From: an uncultured Lachnospiraceae bacterium
Lineage (GTDB): Bacteria; Bacillota; Clostridia; Lachnospirales; Lachnospiraceae
DNA length: 43,502 bases
Direction of reading: 5' to 3'
Assembly: GCA_947591115.1 (NCBI GenBank)
Contig: CANQCX010000001.1
Span: 1 to 43,502 of the forward strand
In this document: piece after piece, positions 27,386 to 36,421 of the stretch
Position numbering within the stretch: position 1 is the stretch's first letter
How the letters are laid out: every line of letters starts with the position of its first letter
Made by a program: the position numbers and the translations under genes
Notes under the pieces: generated by a model
Database searches by the model: none
What the model was told of the DNA's origin: nothing
Seen by the model: only the letters and a program-made list of their open reading frames with translations

Positions 27386-28678
27386 ATGGAACAATATGTG
27401 ATTAAAGGTGGCAATCCTTTATATGGCGAAGTTGAGATTGGCGGCGCTAAGAATGCGGCGCTTGCCATTCTGGCGGCGGCGATCATGACGGATGAAACCG
27501 TTACCATTGAAAATCTTCCGAATGTCAGAGATATCAATGTACTGCTTCAGGCAATCGAGGAGATCGGCGCGCAGGTAGATCGCGTGAATCTGCATAAAGT
27601 CAAGATCAACGGCTCGTTTATTCGGGATGTCAGCGTGGATAATACATTTATTCGTAAAATTCGTGCGTCTTATTATCTGATCGGCGCACTGCTGGGAAAA
27701 TATAAGCGTGCGGAGGTTGCGCTTCCGGGCGGCTGCGATATTGGAAGCAGACCGATCGACCTCCATATGAAAGGCTTTCGGGCAATGGGAGCCAAGATTG
27801 ACATTGCGCATGGTATGGTTTTAGCGGAGGCGGAAAAGCTGACCGGAACCCATATCTATCTGGATAAGGTTTCCGTAGGAGCGACCATCAATATCATGAT
27901 GGCGGCGTCTATGGCGAACGGCAAGACGGTTATTGAAAATGCGGCAAAGGAGCCGCATGTAGTAGACGTAGCAAACTTTTTAAACAGTATGGGAGCAAAT
28001 ATCCGAGGAGCCGGAACGGATGTCGTCCGGATCGTCGGAGTGGAAAAACTCCATAAAACCGAATATTCCATCATACCGGATCAGATCGAAGCCGGAACCT
28101 TTATGTTTGCGGCGGCGGCGACAGGCGGAGACGTGCTTGTGAAAAACGTCATTCCGAAGCATTTGGAGGCGACTACGGCAAAGCTTTTAGAGGTCGGCTG
28201 CAGGGTAGAGGAGTTTGACGACGCAGTACGCGTGATCTCCAACGGAAAACTGGCGCATACGCAGGTTACGACGCTTCCGTACCCGGGATTTCCGACGGAT
28301 ATGCAGCCGCAGATGGCGGTTTTGCTTGGAATCGCAGACGGAACCAGCACCGTAACGGAAAGCATTTTTGAAAACCGTTTCAAATATGTCGATGAATTGA
28401 CGCGTATGGGCGCCAATATAAAAGTAGAAAGCAATATCGCGATCATTACCGGAGTAAAACGGTATACAGGAGCAAGAGTCAATGCGCCGGATCTGCGCGC
28501 CGGAGCTGCGCTGGTCATTGCGGGATTGATCGGCGAGGGCATTACCATTGTCGATGACATTTATTATATCGAGCGTGGTTATGAGGAGCTGCATAAGAAA
28601 CTGGGAGCGCTGGGAGCCAGAATCGAAAAAGTGTCCAGCGATAAAGAAATTCAGAAGTTTATCTTAAAGGTATCCTAA
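27386..28678 (+). CDS. murA: UDP-N-acetylglucosamine 1-carboxyvinyltransferase
   Basis: GAKNA, RAS, LPGGCDIGSRP, SVGAT, YPGFPTDMQ, DLRAGAAL, ERGYE. Confidence 0.97.
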   Translation: MEQYVIKGGNPLYGEVEIGGAKNAALAILAAAIMTDETVTIENLPNVRDINVLLQAIEEIGAQVDRVNLHKVKINGSFIRDVSVDNTFIRKIRASYYLIGALLGKYKRAEVALPGGCDIGSRPIDLHMKGFRAMGAKIDIAHGMVLAEAEKLTGTHIYLDKVSVGATINIMMAASMANGKTVIENAAKEPHVVDVANFLNSMGANIRGAGTDVVRIVGVEKLHKTEYSIIPDQIEAGTFMFAAAATGGDVLVKNVIPKHLEATTAKLLEVGCRVEEFDDAVRVISNGKLAHTQVTTLPYPGFPTDMQPQMAVLLGIADGTSTVTESIFENRFKYVDELTRMGANIKVESNIAIITGVKRYTGARVNAPDLRAGAALVIAGLIGEGITIVDDIYYIERGYEELHKKLGALGARIEKVSSDKEIQKFILKVS

Positions 28679-28822
28679 GCAAAAATCCACAGACTGTTTC
28701 CTAAATATCATACAACTTTTTAGAAAAAATGCCAAAGAAAAAGTTGGCTGGAACCCGCATTTTCTCTGGCATTCTGGAATTTCGTTTGTCACTGGAATTT
28801 ACTTTGGCATTCAAGCCAAAAC

Positions 28823-28893
28823 AATAAGAGCCTGTGGGAATCAGGTGCATATCCGTATCTCGATATGACCAAATCACCACAGACTCTCTTATT
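28823..28893. terminator. Long imperfect hairpin between convergent genes (probable bidirectional terminator)
   Basis: AATAAGAG.CCTGTGG...CATATC-loop-GATATG...CCACAG..CTCTTATT. Confidence 0.55.
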
Positions 28894-28927
28894 TTACATT
28901 TCTGTCCTCTGCATTCATTGGGCCAGG

Positions 28928-30883
28928 TTAAATTTCTTCCAAAACCTTCAGCTTTTCTTTTACCTGATTTGCCGCTTCCAGTATAACGGCTGCAGATGCC
29001 GCTATCTCTTCAGTTGAAGCCGCCAGATTCTGTGTTCTTCCGTTCACTTTCTCTATAATCTGGCTGAGACTGTGCGTATCATCAAGGATCTGCTTAACAG
29101 AGCTCATGATCTTCGTCTGGCTTTCATTGCTGCGGGTGGCAGTCTCGCTGGAATTGCTTGCCAGATGATTAATCTCCCCGGCCACCACCGCAAAACCGCG
29201 TCCGGCCTCTCCCGCTCTGGCTGCTTCAATAGACGCATTAAGTGCCAGCAGGTTGGTCTGAGACGCAATTTCCAGCACCTCATCATTATTTTTCTCCAAT
29301 TCACCCAGAATCATGCTGATCTCATCCATGGAGTCTGATAACTTTTCAAAGAAGGTAGCCAGGTTTGCCATTTCACCGGAAATTTCCGTACTCTCCTCAG
29401 CGTTGTTTTCATTTCCCGCTACCATGTCATCCACCGAACTGTACAGCCCCGCAAATTCCCTGTTTACTTCGTTTATAGTAGCTATAATCAGATCCTTCTG
29501 TTCCTCAATGGTAGCCTTATCCTTCTCCAGCATTTCTGCAAGCTCCATGGAACGTTGATTCTGAACTTCTACCTGTTTCTTGGTATAGTAAATACAATTT
29601 TCCTTTCTGCTGAACCCATTATAGATGGCATCCGCCATCTGACGGCAGGAATCATAACCACAGCAGGAACAGTTAATCATTCTTTCCTCCCTGGTTTTCT
29701 TGCACATTTCTTCAAAAATAGCATTCCGTTCAGCTTCTGTAGGTACTTTCACCACGCACTCTGCGGAACGATCCGTATATCCTCTCAGATAATCCTCCAG
29801 CTTCAGATTCCGGAACTGATAATTCAACCGTTTTAACCGCTGCTCCGGCGTAAGGCGTTTGGCCCATGCGCTTTTCCTTCCATCCTTCTTTGACTCTTCC
29901 CGTATTTTGAGCAGAGAACACAGTACGGAATCGTCATCAGCCTTTTCCTGATCGCAGCCTGTTCCATAAATACAGCCGCTGGAACAATTCAGCGCATCAA
30001 TAAAAAGGTACGGTGTCTGGCTTTTCGCTATTTTGTCCTTATTGTGTTCCAGATAATGATACATATGCTTTTCGCCTTCTATCTGCCGGATGAACACACT
30101 CTCGCCTAAAAACCAGTATACATTTTCCTTCAAACCGCCGGGCATGGGATAAATGGAACCAAGCCCGTACTCAATCTCATCCGAAGCAAGAGCCCCTCTG
30201 ATATTATTTTCCCTGACATATTTCATAAGATGATCAAAAGTCACATTATAGGAAACATATCCCTTATTATTGGGATCCTCGATCTCCAGCTTCTTTGCAA
30301 TGCAGGGACTGATAAAAGCCAGTTTATCCTGTATTTTCATTTCCTTTTTCGCATAAATAGCCGCACACATCATAGGACTCTGCACAGGAAAAAGCCGGGG
30401 AATAAGCTCAGGCGTATAATGCTCTATGTAACGAACCACAGCGGGACAGGGCTGTGAAATTCCTCCCAGGAAATTATTTTTCTTTACATAATTCAAATAC
30501 CCCCAGGTTGTAATATCCGCTCCGAAAGAAACGCTGATAAGATGATTTACGCCAAGCTGCTTTAAGCCTCCCAAAACGGATTCATAATCATCGGGATAAT
30601 TAGCCTTAAACGCCGGCGCAATTAAAAGCGAAATCCGTTCTCCGTTCTTCAGATCATGGAAAAACCGTTCCGTATCATCCTGAAATTCCCTGGCTTTATG
30701 TTCACACACATCCAGGCAGGCACCACATGCCACACAGCGGTTCCCATCCACCTCAATCCTGTTTTTCCCATCAATTTCCTTGGAAATACAGGCCCCTGCA
30801 GCGCTACATACACTGGTACACTTATTGCAGCCGATACAATTCTCGTTCGTAAAAACCAGTGATTTTTTTTCGTTTGTTGCCAT
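28928..30883 (-). CDS. Sensory [FeFe]-hydrogenase-like protein fused to a methyl-accepting chemotaxis signalling domain
   Basis: Two ferredoxin motifs (CIGCNKC..C, CVACGAC..C). H-cluster-like [25 protein letters not shown]. FeS motif NCSCCGY..C..C. MCP signature [30 protein letters not shown]. Confidence 0.9.
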   Translation of the reverse strand: MATNEKKSLVFTNENCIGCNKCTSVCSAAGACISKEIDGKNRIEVDGNRCVACGACLDVCEHKAREFQDDTERFFHDLKNGERISLLIAPAFKANYPDDYESVLGGLKQLGVNHLISVSFGADITTWGYLNYVKKNNFLGGISQPCPAVVRYIEHYTPELIPRLFPVQSPMMCAAIYAKKEMKIQDKLAFISPCIAKKLEIEDPNNKGYVSYNVTFDHLMKYVRENNIRGALASDEIEYGLGSIYPMPGGLKENVYWFLGESVFIRQIEGEKHMYHYLEHNKDKIAKSQTPYLFIDALNCSSGCIYGTGCDQEKADDDSVLCSLLKIREESKKDGRKSAWAKRLTPEQRLKRLNYQFRNLKLEDYLRGYTDRSAECVVKVPTEAERNAIFEEMCKKTREERMINCSCCGYDSCRQMADAIYNGFSRKENCIYYTKKQVEVQNQRSMELAEMLEKDKATIEEQKDLIIATINEVNREFAGLYSSVDDMVAGNENNAEESTEISGEMANLATFFEKLSDSMDEISMILGELEKNNDEVLEIASQTNLLALNASIEAARAGEAGRGFAVVAGEINHLASNSSETATRSNESQTKIMSSVKQILDDTHSLSQIIEKVNGRTQNLAASTEEIAASAAVILEAANQVKEKLKVLEEI

Positions 30884-31162
30884 AGAATTCCCTTACCTTT
30901 CCTCGCATTTTTCTAATAAAGCCACACCGATGCATCGTATTGGCTTTTTCCAACAAATCTGCCAAAACCGACTGCAGCTTATACAAAAATATTATACAAT
31001 TTATTTCAATCTTTTTCAACAAAATATGTGCATTTTGTAAAATTTAAATGATGCATTCACAGAAAACTTATGCTATAATAATGTTAAATCCACAACCGGA
31101 TGAAATTTCAATACATTTTTTATTCATTTGGATGCATTTTGGCTGTTTTTTTCAGTGAAAAG

Positions 31163-31190
31163 CTAATTTTTCTTTCTGATCAGCCGATAT
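31163..31190 (+). promoter_or_regulatory. Sigma28 (FliA/SigD) promoter
   Basis: CTAAT-15 bp-GCCGATAT. The -10 box is a perfect SigD consensus. Confidence 0.7.
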
Positions 31191-31224
31191 CTTTTATACT
31201 AAAACAACCAAGGAGGGTAAAAGT

Positions 31225-31845
31225 ATGAGTGTAAATGGAGTTACTGGTGCTTCTGATGTGTACAATGCATATTCCACAGTACAGACCAAAAGTGCGGATA
31301 CCGAAACCACAAACGAGGCCGTAAGCAGTTCCCAGTCAACCGCTGAATCTGCCGGTGCCGTATATGAGCCTTCAGAAGAAGCAAAAGCTGCTTCTGTCAA
31401 GAAATATACGCCTGACCGCAATCTGATCGCAAAGCTGAAAGCTGATGCTGATGCAAGAACCGCACAGCTTCAGAGCCTTGTTGAAAAGATGCTTACCAAA
31501 CAGGGACAGACCTACAATAAAGCCAATGATATCTGGAGCGTCTTATCCAGCGGCAACTTTACCGTTGATCCGGCCACGAAAGCGCAGGCCCAGGCGGATA
31601 TCGCCGAGGATGGTTACTGGGGCGTTAAACAGACTTCACAGCGTATTCTGGATTTTGCTACCGCTTTGACGGGAGGCGATCCGGATCAGATCGAAAAAAT
31701 GCGGTCCGCATTTGAAAAAGGCTACAAACAGGCGGAAAGAATCTGGGGCGGACATCTCCCTGACATTTCCCGACAGACCTATGATGCGGTTTTGTCCGGC
31801 TTTGATAAGCTGGCGGAAGAAGCAGGTCTTGCCAAAGAAGAATAA
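31225..31845 (+). CDS. Conserved hypothetical protein, likely in the flagellar (sigma28) regulon
   Basis: AGGAGG RBS. Low-complexity N-terminus and conserved-looking C-terminus (EDGYWGVKQTSQRILDFA..WGG.LP). Confidence 0.75.
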   Translation: MSVNGVTGASDVYNAYSTVQTKSADTETTNEAVSSSQSTAESAGAVYEPSEEAKAASVKKYTPDRNLIAKLKADADARTAQLQSLVEKMLTKQGQTYNKANDIWSVLSSGNFTVDPATKAQAQADIAEDGYWGVKQTSQRILDFATALTGGDPDQIEKMRSAFEKGYKQAERIWGGHLPDISRQTYDAVLSGFDKLAEEAGLAKEE

Positions 31846-31866
31846 AATTCTCTTATCCATAAAAAA

Positions 31867-33726
31867 GGGAGTGTTGCAAAATAACTAATTTATAGTTATG
31901 GAGCGATGCTCCCTCTCTTTTGTGAACAGCGACAGGGACAAAATCTCTTTTTGTGGATTTTGTCCCTGTTTTTGGCGTACTTTAATAAACTCTGCACTTT
32001 TTTCTATTTTACCTATGCGGTTTTTATGGTAAACAGATGGCTTCCCAGCCTGTCATTCTGTATCTTCGCGTGCAGCTTGTTGAGATTGTAGCCCATACAC
32101 AGCAGAAGTATCTCCAGTTTTACTTTTGTTTTCCCTCGCAGCAAAAATCTCTGGAACTCATAATCATTTTTCAGTACACCAAAGGCTCCCTCCACCTGGA
32201 TCGAGCGGTTCATACGGTATTGGATCCCCTTTTCGCTCAAGATGTTCTCATAGGACTCCTGACGTTTTTCTATAAAGCTTTTAGAAACATACAGCCGTTT
32301 GTTTCCTTTCGCCTTTGTACAGGCTTCTTTATAGGAGCAGCCGCTGCAATCCTCACATTCATACACCGTTACTTCTGACTCATAGCCGCTTTTGCTTCTC
32401 TGTTTCTTTTTGCCCACTGCCATAAGCCGCTTCCCGGCATGGCAGGTATAACAGTCGCTGCTTTCATCATATCCCATGTTCTCCCGTTTGCTGATGTCCT
32501 TCTTAAAACTCCGTTTCTTCCATGTCTCATAGGTCTGAGGCTTGATATAGGGTGTCTGTTCCTTTTCCCGCAGATAGCTGTAACCTTCTTCGCTTTCATA
32601 CCCGGAATCCGCAGTTACGCTGGGATAGCGGAATCTAAGTTTTTCTTCCATATGCTTCAAGAACGGCACCAGAGTCCATACATCATTCCTGTCCTGGAAG
32701 ATGTCAGCCGCAACGATATATTCACTGTCCACACCGATCTGCACATTGTACCCGGGCTTTAGCTGAGCATTCCTCATGTGGTCATCCTTCATGTGCATAA
32801 AGGTGGCATCCACATCCGTTTTGGAATAATTGTTCCGGTCCCCGAAACGGCAATGGTGCAGGTCGTATAGAAGCTGGCGGTCCAGAAACCTACGGAATAG
32901 TTCCCGGTATTTCTGGTGGATGCTCTTCCTTTTCCCCCTGCCGTATACAGATGCGACGGCATGCTGTTCACAGTATCCTTCCAGGAAATCCAGTATCCTT
33001 TGCAGATCTTGTGAGCATGTTTCTTTTGCCACCACAAATGCCTGCATGTATTCCTGATTCACCAGCTGCACCGCCTCCTGTATCTTCTGGAACATTTTTT
33101 CTTCCCATTTGCTGATGGATTTCTTCCAGACGAATGTGTATTTATTGGCACATGCCTCCAGTTTTGTTCCATCAATAAAAACAGTTTCTTGAGCCAGTTC
33201 ACCCATGTCTGCAAGATGGCGCACCAACTGGTAGAACAGGTCTTCACATGCCTCCGCTAAAAAGCCGGTCCGGAATCTGGCAATGGTGCTGTGGTCCGGC
33301 GCTTTCTGTCCTGCCAGGAGCCATAGGAAGTTGATATCCCTCCTGCATGCACTCTCGATCTTTCTGGAAGAGTAGATGTTTTGTGAGTAGGCGTAGGTCA
33401 GTATCTTGAACATGGTCTTAGGATCCACTGCGGGATTTCTGCCTTTGGCAGAGTAAGCCTGGTACAGCAAAGTGTAATCCAATTCCTCCAATTCGTGGCT
33501 CAGCAGTCGGACAGCATCATCTTCAGGAACCAGCCCTTCCAAACTTAACGGTAAAACCAGTTGATAAGTTTGCCCAAGTTCGGTATAATTTTTGTTGTAT
33601 TTTAAGTTACTCGTCATAACTTATTATACCATGAATGGCAGGTTCTTCGGAACCTGCTTTTCTGTTTTCCAACATAAAAAGGGAGCTGCTGCTCCATAGA
33701 TTACTCATCTATTTTGCAACAGCCCC
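31867..33726 (-). mobile_element. IS1182-family insertion sequence
   Basis: Terminal IRs GGGAGTGTTGCAAAATA (31867) and reverse complement GGGGCTGTTGCAAAATA (33710-33726) match at 15/17. They enclose one transposase. Confidence 0.9.
32013..33617 (-). CDS. IS1182-family DDE transposase
   Basis: YSSRKIE, PDHSTIARFR, FIDGTK, KTDVDATFM, ADSGYES, Cys-rich insertion, RSIQVEGAFG. Confidence 0.95.
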   Translation of the reverse strand: MTSNLKYNKNYTELGQTYQLVLPLSLEGLVPEDDAVRLLSHELEELDYTLLYQAYSAKGRNPAVDPKTMFKILTYAYSQNIYSSRKIESACRRDINFLWLLAGQKAPDHSTIARFRTGFLAEACEDLFYQLVRHLADMGELAQETVFIDGTKLEACANKYTFVWKKSISKWEEKMFQKIQEAVQLVNQEYMQAFVVAKETCSQDLQRILDFLEGYCEQHAVASVYGRGKRKSIHQKYRELFRRFLDRQLLYDLHHCRFGDRNNYSKTDVDATFMHMKDDHMRNAQLKPGYNVQIGVDSEYIVAADIFQDRNDVWTLVPFLKHMEEKLRFRYPSVTADSGYESEEGYSYLREKEQTPYIKPQTYETWKKRSFKKDISKRENMGYDESSDCYTCHAGKRLMAVGKKKQRSKSGYESEVTVYECEDCSGCSYKEACTKAKGNKRLYVSKSFIEKRQESYENILSEKGIQYRMNRSIQVEGAFGVLKNDYEFQRFLLRGKTKVKLEILLLCMGYNLNKLHAKIQNDRLGSHLFTIKTA

Positions 33727-33746
33727 TTTATTTATGCACTTTGCGG

Positions 33747-34907
33747 TTATACAACCGCTTTAATATAAAGTTCGCGGGAAGTAGACAGATCCAGACAGCT
33801 ATTGTCGTCAAACTGGACGATCGGACGAGACAGGTCATTTTGGTTGAGCATGACGATCTTGCAGCCGCGTCCGTCGCTTAAGATCACGCGGTTGCTCTGA
33901 TAAGTCGCCGCGATCTGCTTTAAGAAGGTCAGAATATACTGGGTATGGTATTTCTGGAACCCGTCTTTTTCAAAATTGGCGATAACCTGAAACGCGCAGA
34001 GAGGCGCGCGGTAAGCGCGTGCCGCCGTCATAGCGTCGTATACGTCGGAAATGGCGGTAATCATGGCAAACGGCTCCATGTATTCTTCGGTAATATGGGA
34101 AGGATAGCCGCTTCCGTCGCAGCGCTCATGGTGCATCAGCGCGGTATTTTTGATTCGGGGATCGATATCCAGATTTTTCAGTGCATCATAGCCGAGGCGC
34201 GGATGCTTTTTGATTTCTGCAAATTCTTCATCCGTAAGCGCTTCCGTTTTATTTAAGATTTCCTCCGGAATGAACACCTTGCCGATGTCATGAAACAGAC
34301 CGGCAAGCGTCAGCGTATTCAGCTCGTCCGGCGCGATGTGGAGCCAGCGGCCAATCATGCGGGAAATCAGCGCGACATTCAGACAGTGCGCGTAGATCGT
34401 GTCGTTGATGGAGCGCATATTGTTCAGCATATCAAACAGTTCGATAATGGTATTGCGGGAGCGGAACAGGATCGCAACGCTTTCCAGAAGCGAGTTAGGA
34501 TCGATCGTTTCCTTTCCTGCGATAATATCGGAAAATACGGATTTCAGTTTTTCGGAGGCAAGCGCATAGTCCATCTGAAAGGAATGGAACTGGGAAGATG
34601 CAGCAACCTTCTGCTTAACCGTTTTGGATTCTTCCAGATACGTCTTAGGCGCGGACACTGCCGGCTGAGGCTCGGGAGCGCTTACCGGCTGCGGTTTGGG
34701 AGCGTTTACCAGTTCCGCAGGCAGCTTTAACGCCAATTGAGGCGGAATCTCTACAACTGCAGATTCGACACGATAGAGCTTCATTCGGTTAATGAGCTGG
34801 CGGGTTACTTCCGCACCCGGGATTTCAAGAATCTGACCGCTGGGAGTTTTGACCGGCTCTAACACGATCATGCCCGGCTGCAATTCGTTTGGCGCTAATG
34901 TGCGCAT
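33747..34907 (-). CDS. HD-GYP domain c-di-GMP phosphodiesterase-like protein
   Basis: AGGAGG RBS before ATG at 34907. Motifs YAHCLNV, LFHDIGK, HHERCDGSGYP, DVYDAMT. Confidence 0.9.
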   Translation of the reverse strand: MRTLAPNELQPGMIVLEPVKTPSGQILEIPGAEVTRQLINRMKLYRVESAVVEIPPQLALKLPAELVNAPKPQPVSAPEPQPAVSAPKTYLEESKTVKQKVAASSQFHSFQMDYALASEKLKSVFSDIIAGKETIDPNSLLESVAILFRSRNTIIELFDMLNNMRSINDTIYAHCLNVALISRMIGRWLHIAPDELNTLTLAGLFHDIGKVFIPEEILNKTEALTDEEFAEIKKHPRLGYDALKNLDIDPRIKNTALMHHERCDGSGYPSHITEEYMEPFAMITAISDVYDAMTAARAYRAPLCAFQVIANFEKDGFQKYHTQYILTFLKQIAATYQSNRVILSDGRGCKIVMLNQNDLSRPIVQFDDNSCLDLSTSRELYIKAVV

Positions 34908-35049
34908 TTGACTACCTCCTGTTTCCATATTCTTACATCAGTATAGTTTTTATGGAAAAGAAAGTCAATCTTTTTTGTTATTGGTACTTGACAAGCAAAG
35001 GGATATGGCGTATTTTATCGTAAGAAAGAATAATATATAGAAGCAATTT

Positions 35050-35157
35050 CTCTTATTCAGAGTGATGGAGATACATAGGATCTGTGAAGTCACGGCAACC
35101 CCGTTTCCCAAAGGAGCAGGAAGGTGCCAGCCTGAGCGAGTAATCGAACAATAAGAG
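35050..35157 (+). ncRNA. SAM-I (S-box) riboswitch aptamer
   Basis: P1 CTCTTATT/AATAAGAG, conserved CAGAG, GGCAACC and GGTGCC. Upstream of metK. Promoter TTGACA(34988)-17 bp-TATTTT. Confidence 0.88.
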
Positions 35158-35177
35158 GATTTGGCGTTACGTGCAGA

Positions 35178-35207
35178 ATCCGCTTATTTTAATAAGCGGT
35201 TTTTTTG
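35178..35207 (+). terminator. Riboswitch expression-platform terminator
   Basis: CCGCTTATT-tt-AATAAGCGG followed by a T tract. Confidence 0.85.
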
Positions 35208-35226
35208 TTTGAAAGGAGCAAAAGAA

Positions 35227-36408
35227 ATGGAAAAATTATTGTTTACCTCGGAATCGGTTACGGAAGGGCATCCGGACAAGATGTGCGATGCGGTTTCCGA
35301 TGCGATTCTGGACGCATGCATGGAGCAGGATCCGATGAGCCGCGTGGCATGTGAGACGGTTGCCTGTACCGGATATGTACTGGTAACGGGAGAACTGACG
35401 ACAAAGGCGCAGTTGGATATTCCGGCGATCGTTCGCAAAACAGTCAATGAGATCGGATATAATGACGCGCAAACCGGATTTGACGGAAACACCTGCGCGG
35501 TCATGGTTGCGCTGGACCAGCAGTCCGCAGACATTGCGATGGGAGTGGATCAGGCGCTGGAGGCAAGAAACGGAGAGCAGACCGATGATCTGAATATCGG
35601 AGCCGGAGATCAGGGCATGATGTTTGGCTATGCCACCAATGAAACGGAGGAGCTGATGCCGTACCCGATCTATCTGGCGCACAAGCTGGCATTGCAGCTG
35701 ACCAAGATCCGCAAGGACGGAACACTTTCTTATCTGCGTCCGGACGGGAAAACGCAGGTATCGGTGGAATATGACGAAGCGGGAAAACCGAAGCGGCTCG
35801 AAGCGGTCGTACTGTCCACACAGCATGATGAAAACGTCAGTCAGGAGCAGATTCACAAGGATATCCGCAAATATGTTTTTGACGAGATTCTGCCTCAGGA
35901 GATGGTAGATGAAAATACCAAGTTTTTCATCAATCCGACCGGCAGGTTTGTCATCGGCGGCCCGCATGGGGATGCCGGATTGACGGGACGAAAGATCATC
36001 GTCGATACATACGGTGGATATGCGCGTCATGGCGGCGGCGCGTTTTCCGGAAAGGACTGCACAAAGGTAGACCGCTCGGCGGCATATGCGGCGCGTTATG
36101 TGGCAAAAAATATTGTAGCGGCGGGTTTGGCGGAAAAATGCGAGATTCAGCTTTCTTACGCGATCGGAGTCGCGCAGCCGACCTCCGTTATGGCGGATAC
36201 GTTTGGGACAGGCCGCGTTTCCGATGAAAAACTGGTGGAGATCATCCGCAGGCATTTTGACCTGCGTCCGGCGGGTATCATTCAAATGCTGGATTTGAGA
36301 AGACCGATCTACCGGCAGACCGCCGCGTACGGACACTTTGGACGTTCGGATCTTGCACTTCCCTGGGAAGCGGTGGACAAGGCCGAAGAACTGAAACAAT
36401 ACCTGTAA
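35227..36408 (+). CDS. metK: S-adenosylmethionine synthetase
   Basis: [42 protein letters not shown] then ATG at 35227. Confidence 0.98.
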   Translation: MEKLLFTSESVTEGHPDKMCDAVSDAILDACMEQDPMSRVACETVACTGYVLVTGELTTKAQLDIPAIVRKTVNEIGYNDAQTGFDGNTCAVMVALDQQSADIAMGVDQALEARNGEQTDDLNIGAGDQGMMFGYATNETEELMPYPIYLAHKLALQLTKIRKDGTLSYLRPDGKTQVSVEYDEAGKPKRLEAVVLSTQHDENVSQEQIHKDIRKYVFDEILPQEMVDENTKFFINPTGRFVIGGPHGDAGLTGRKIIVDTYGGYARHGGGAFSGKDCTKVDRSAAYAARYVAKNIVAAGLAEKCEIQLSYAIGVAQPTSVMADTFGTGRVSDEKLVEIIRRHFDLRPAGIIQMLDLRRPIYRQTAAYGHFGRSDLALPWEAVDKAEELKQYL

Positions 36409-36421
36409 AAGAGTAAAAAAT

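Noticed and set aside
27386-28678. Fosfomycin-resistant MurA
   Set aside because: The active-site Cys is retained (GGCDIG).
30884-30990. c-di-GMP riboswitch in the MCP leader
   Set aside because: The GGCAAA / GNRA tetraloop-receptor features of class I and the kink-turn pattern of class II are not recognisable.
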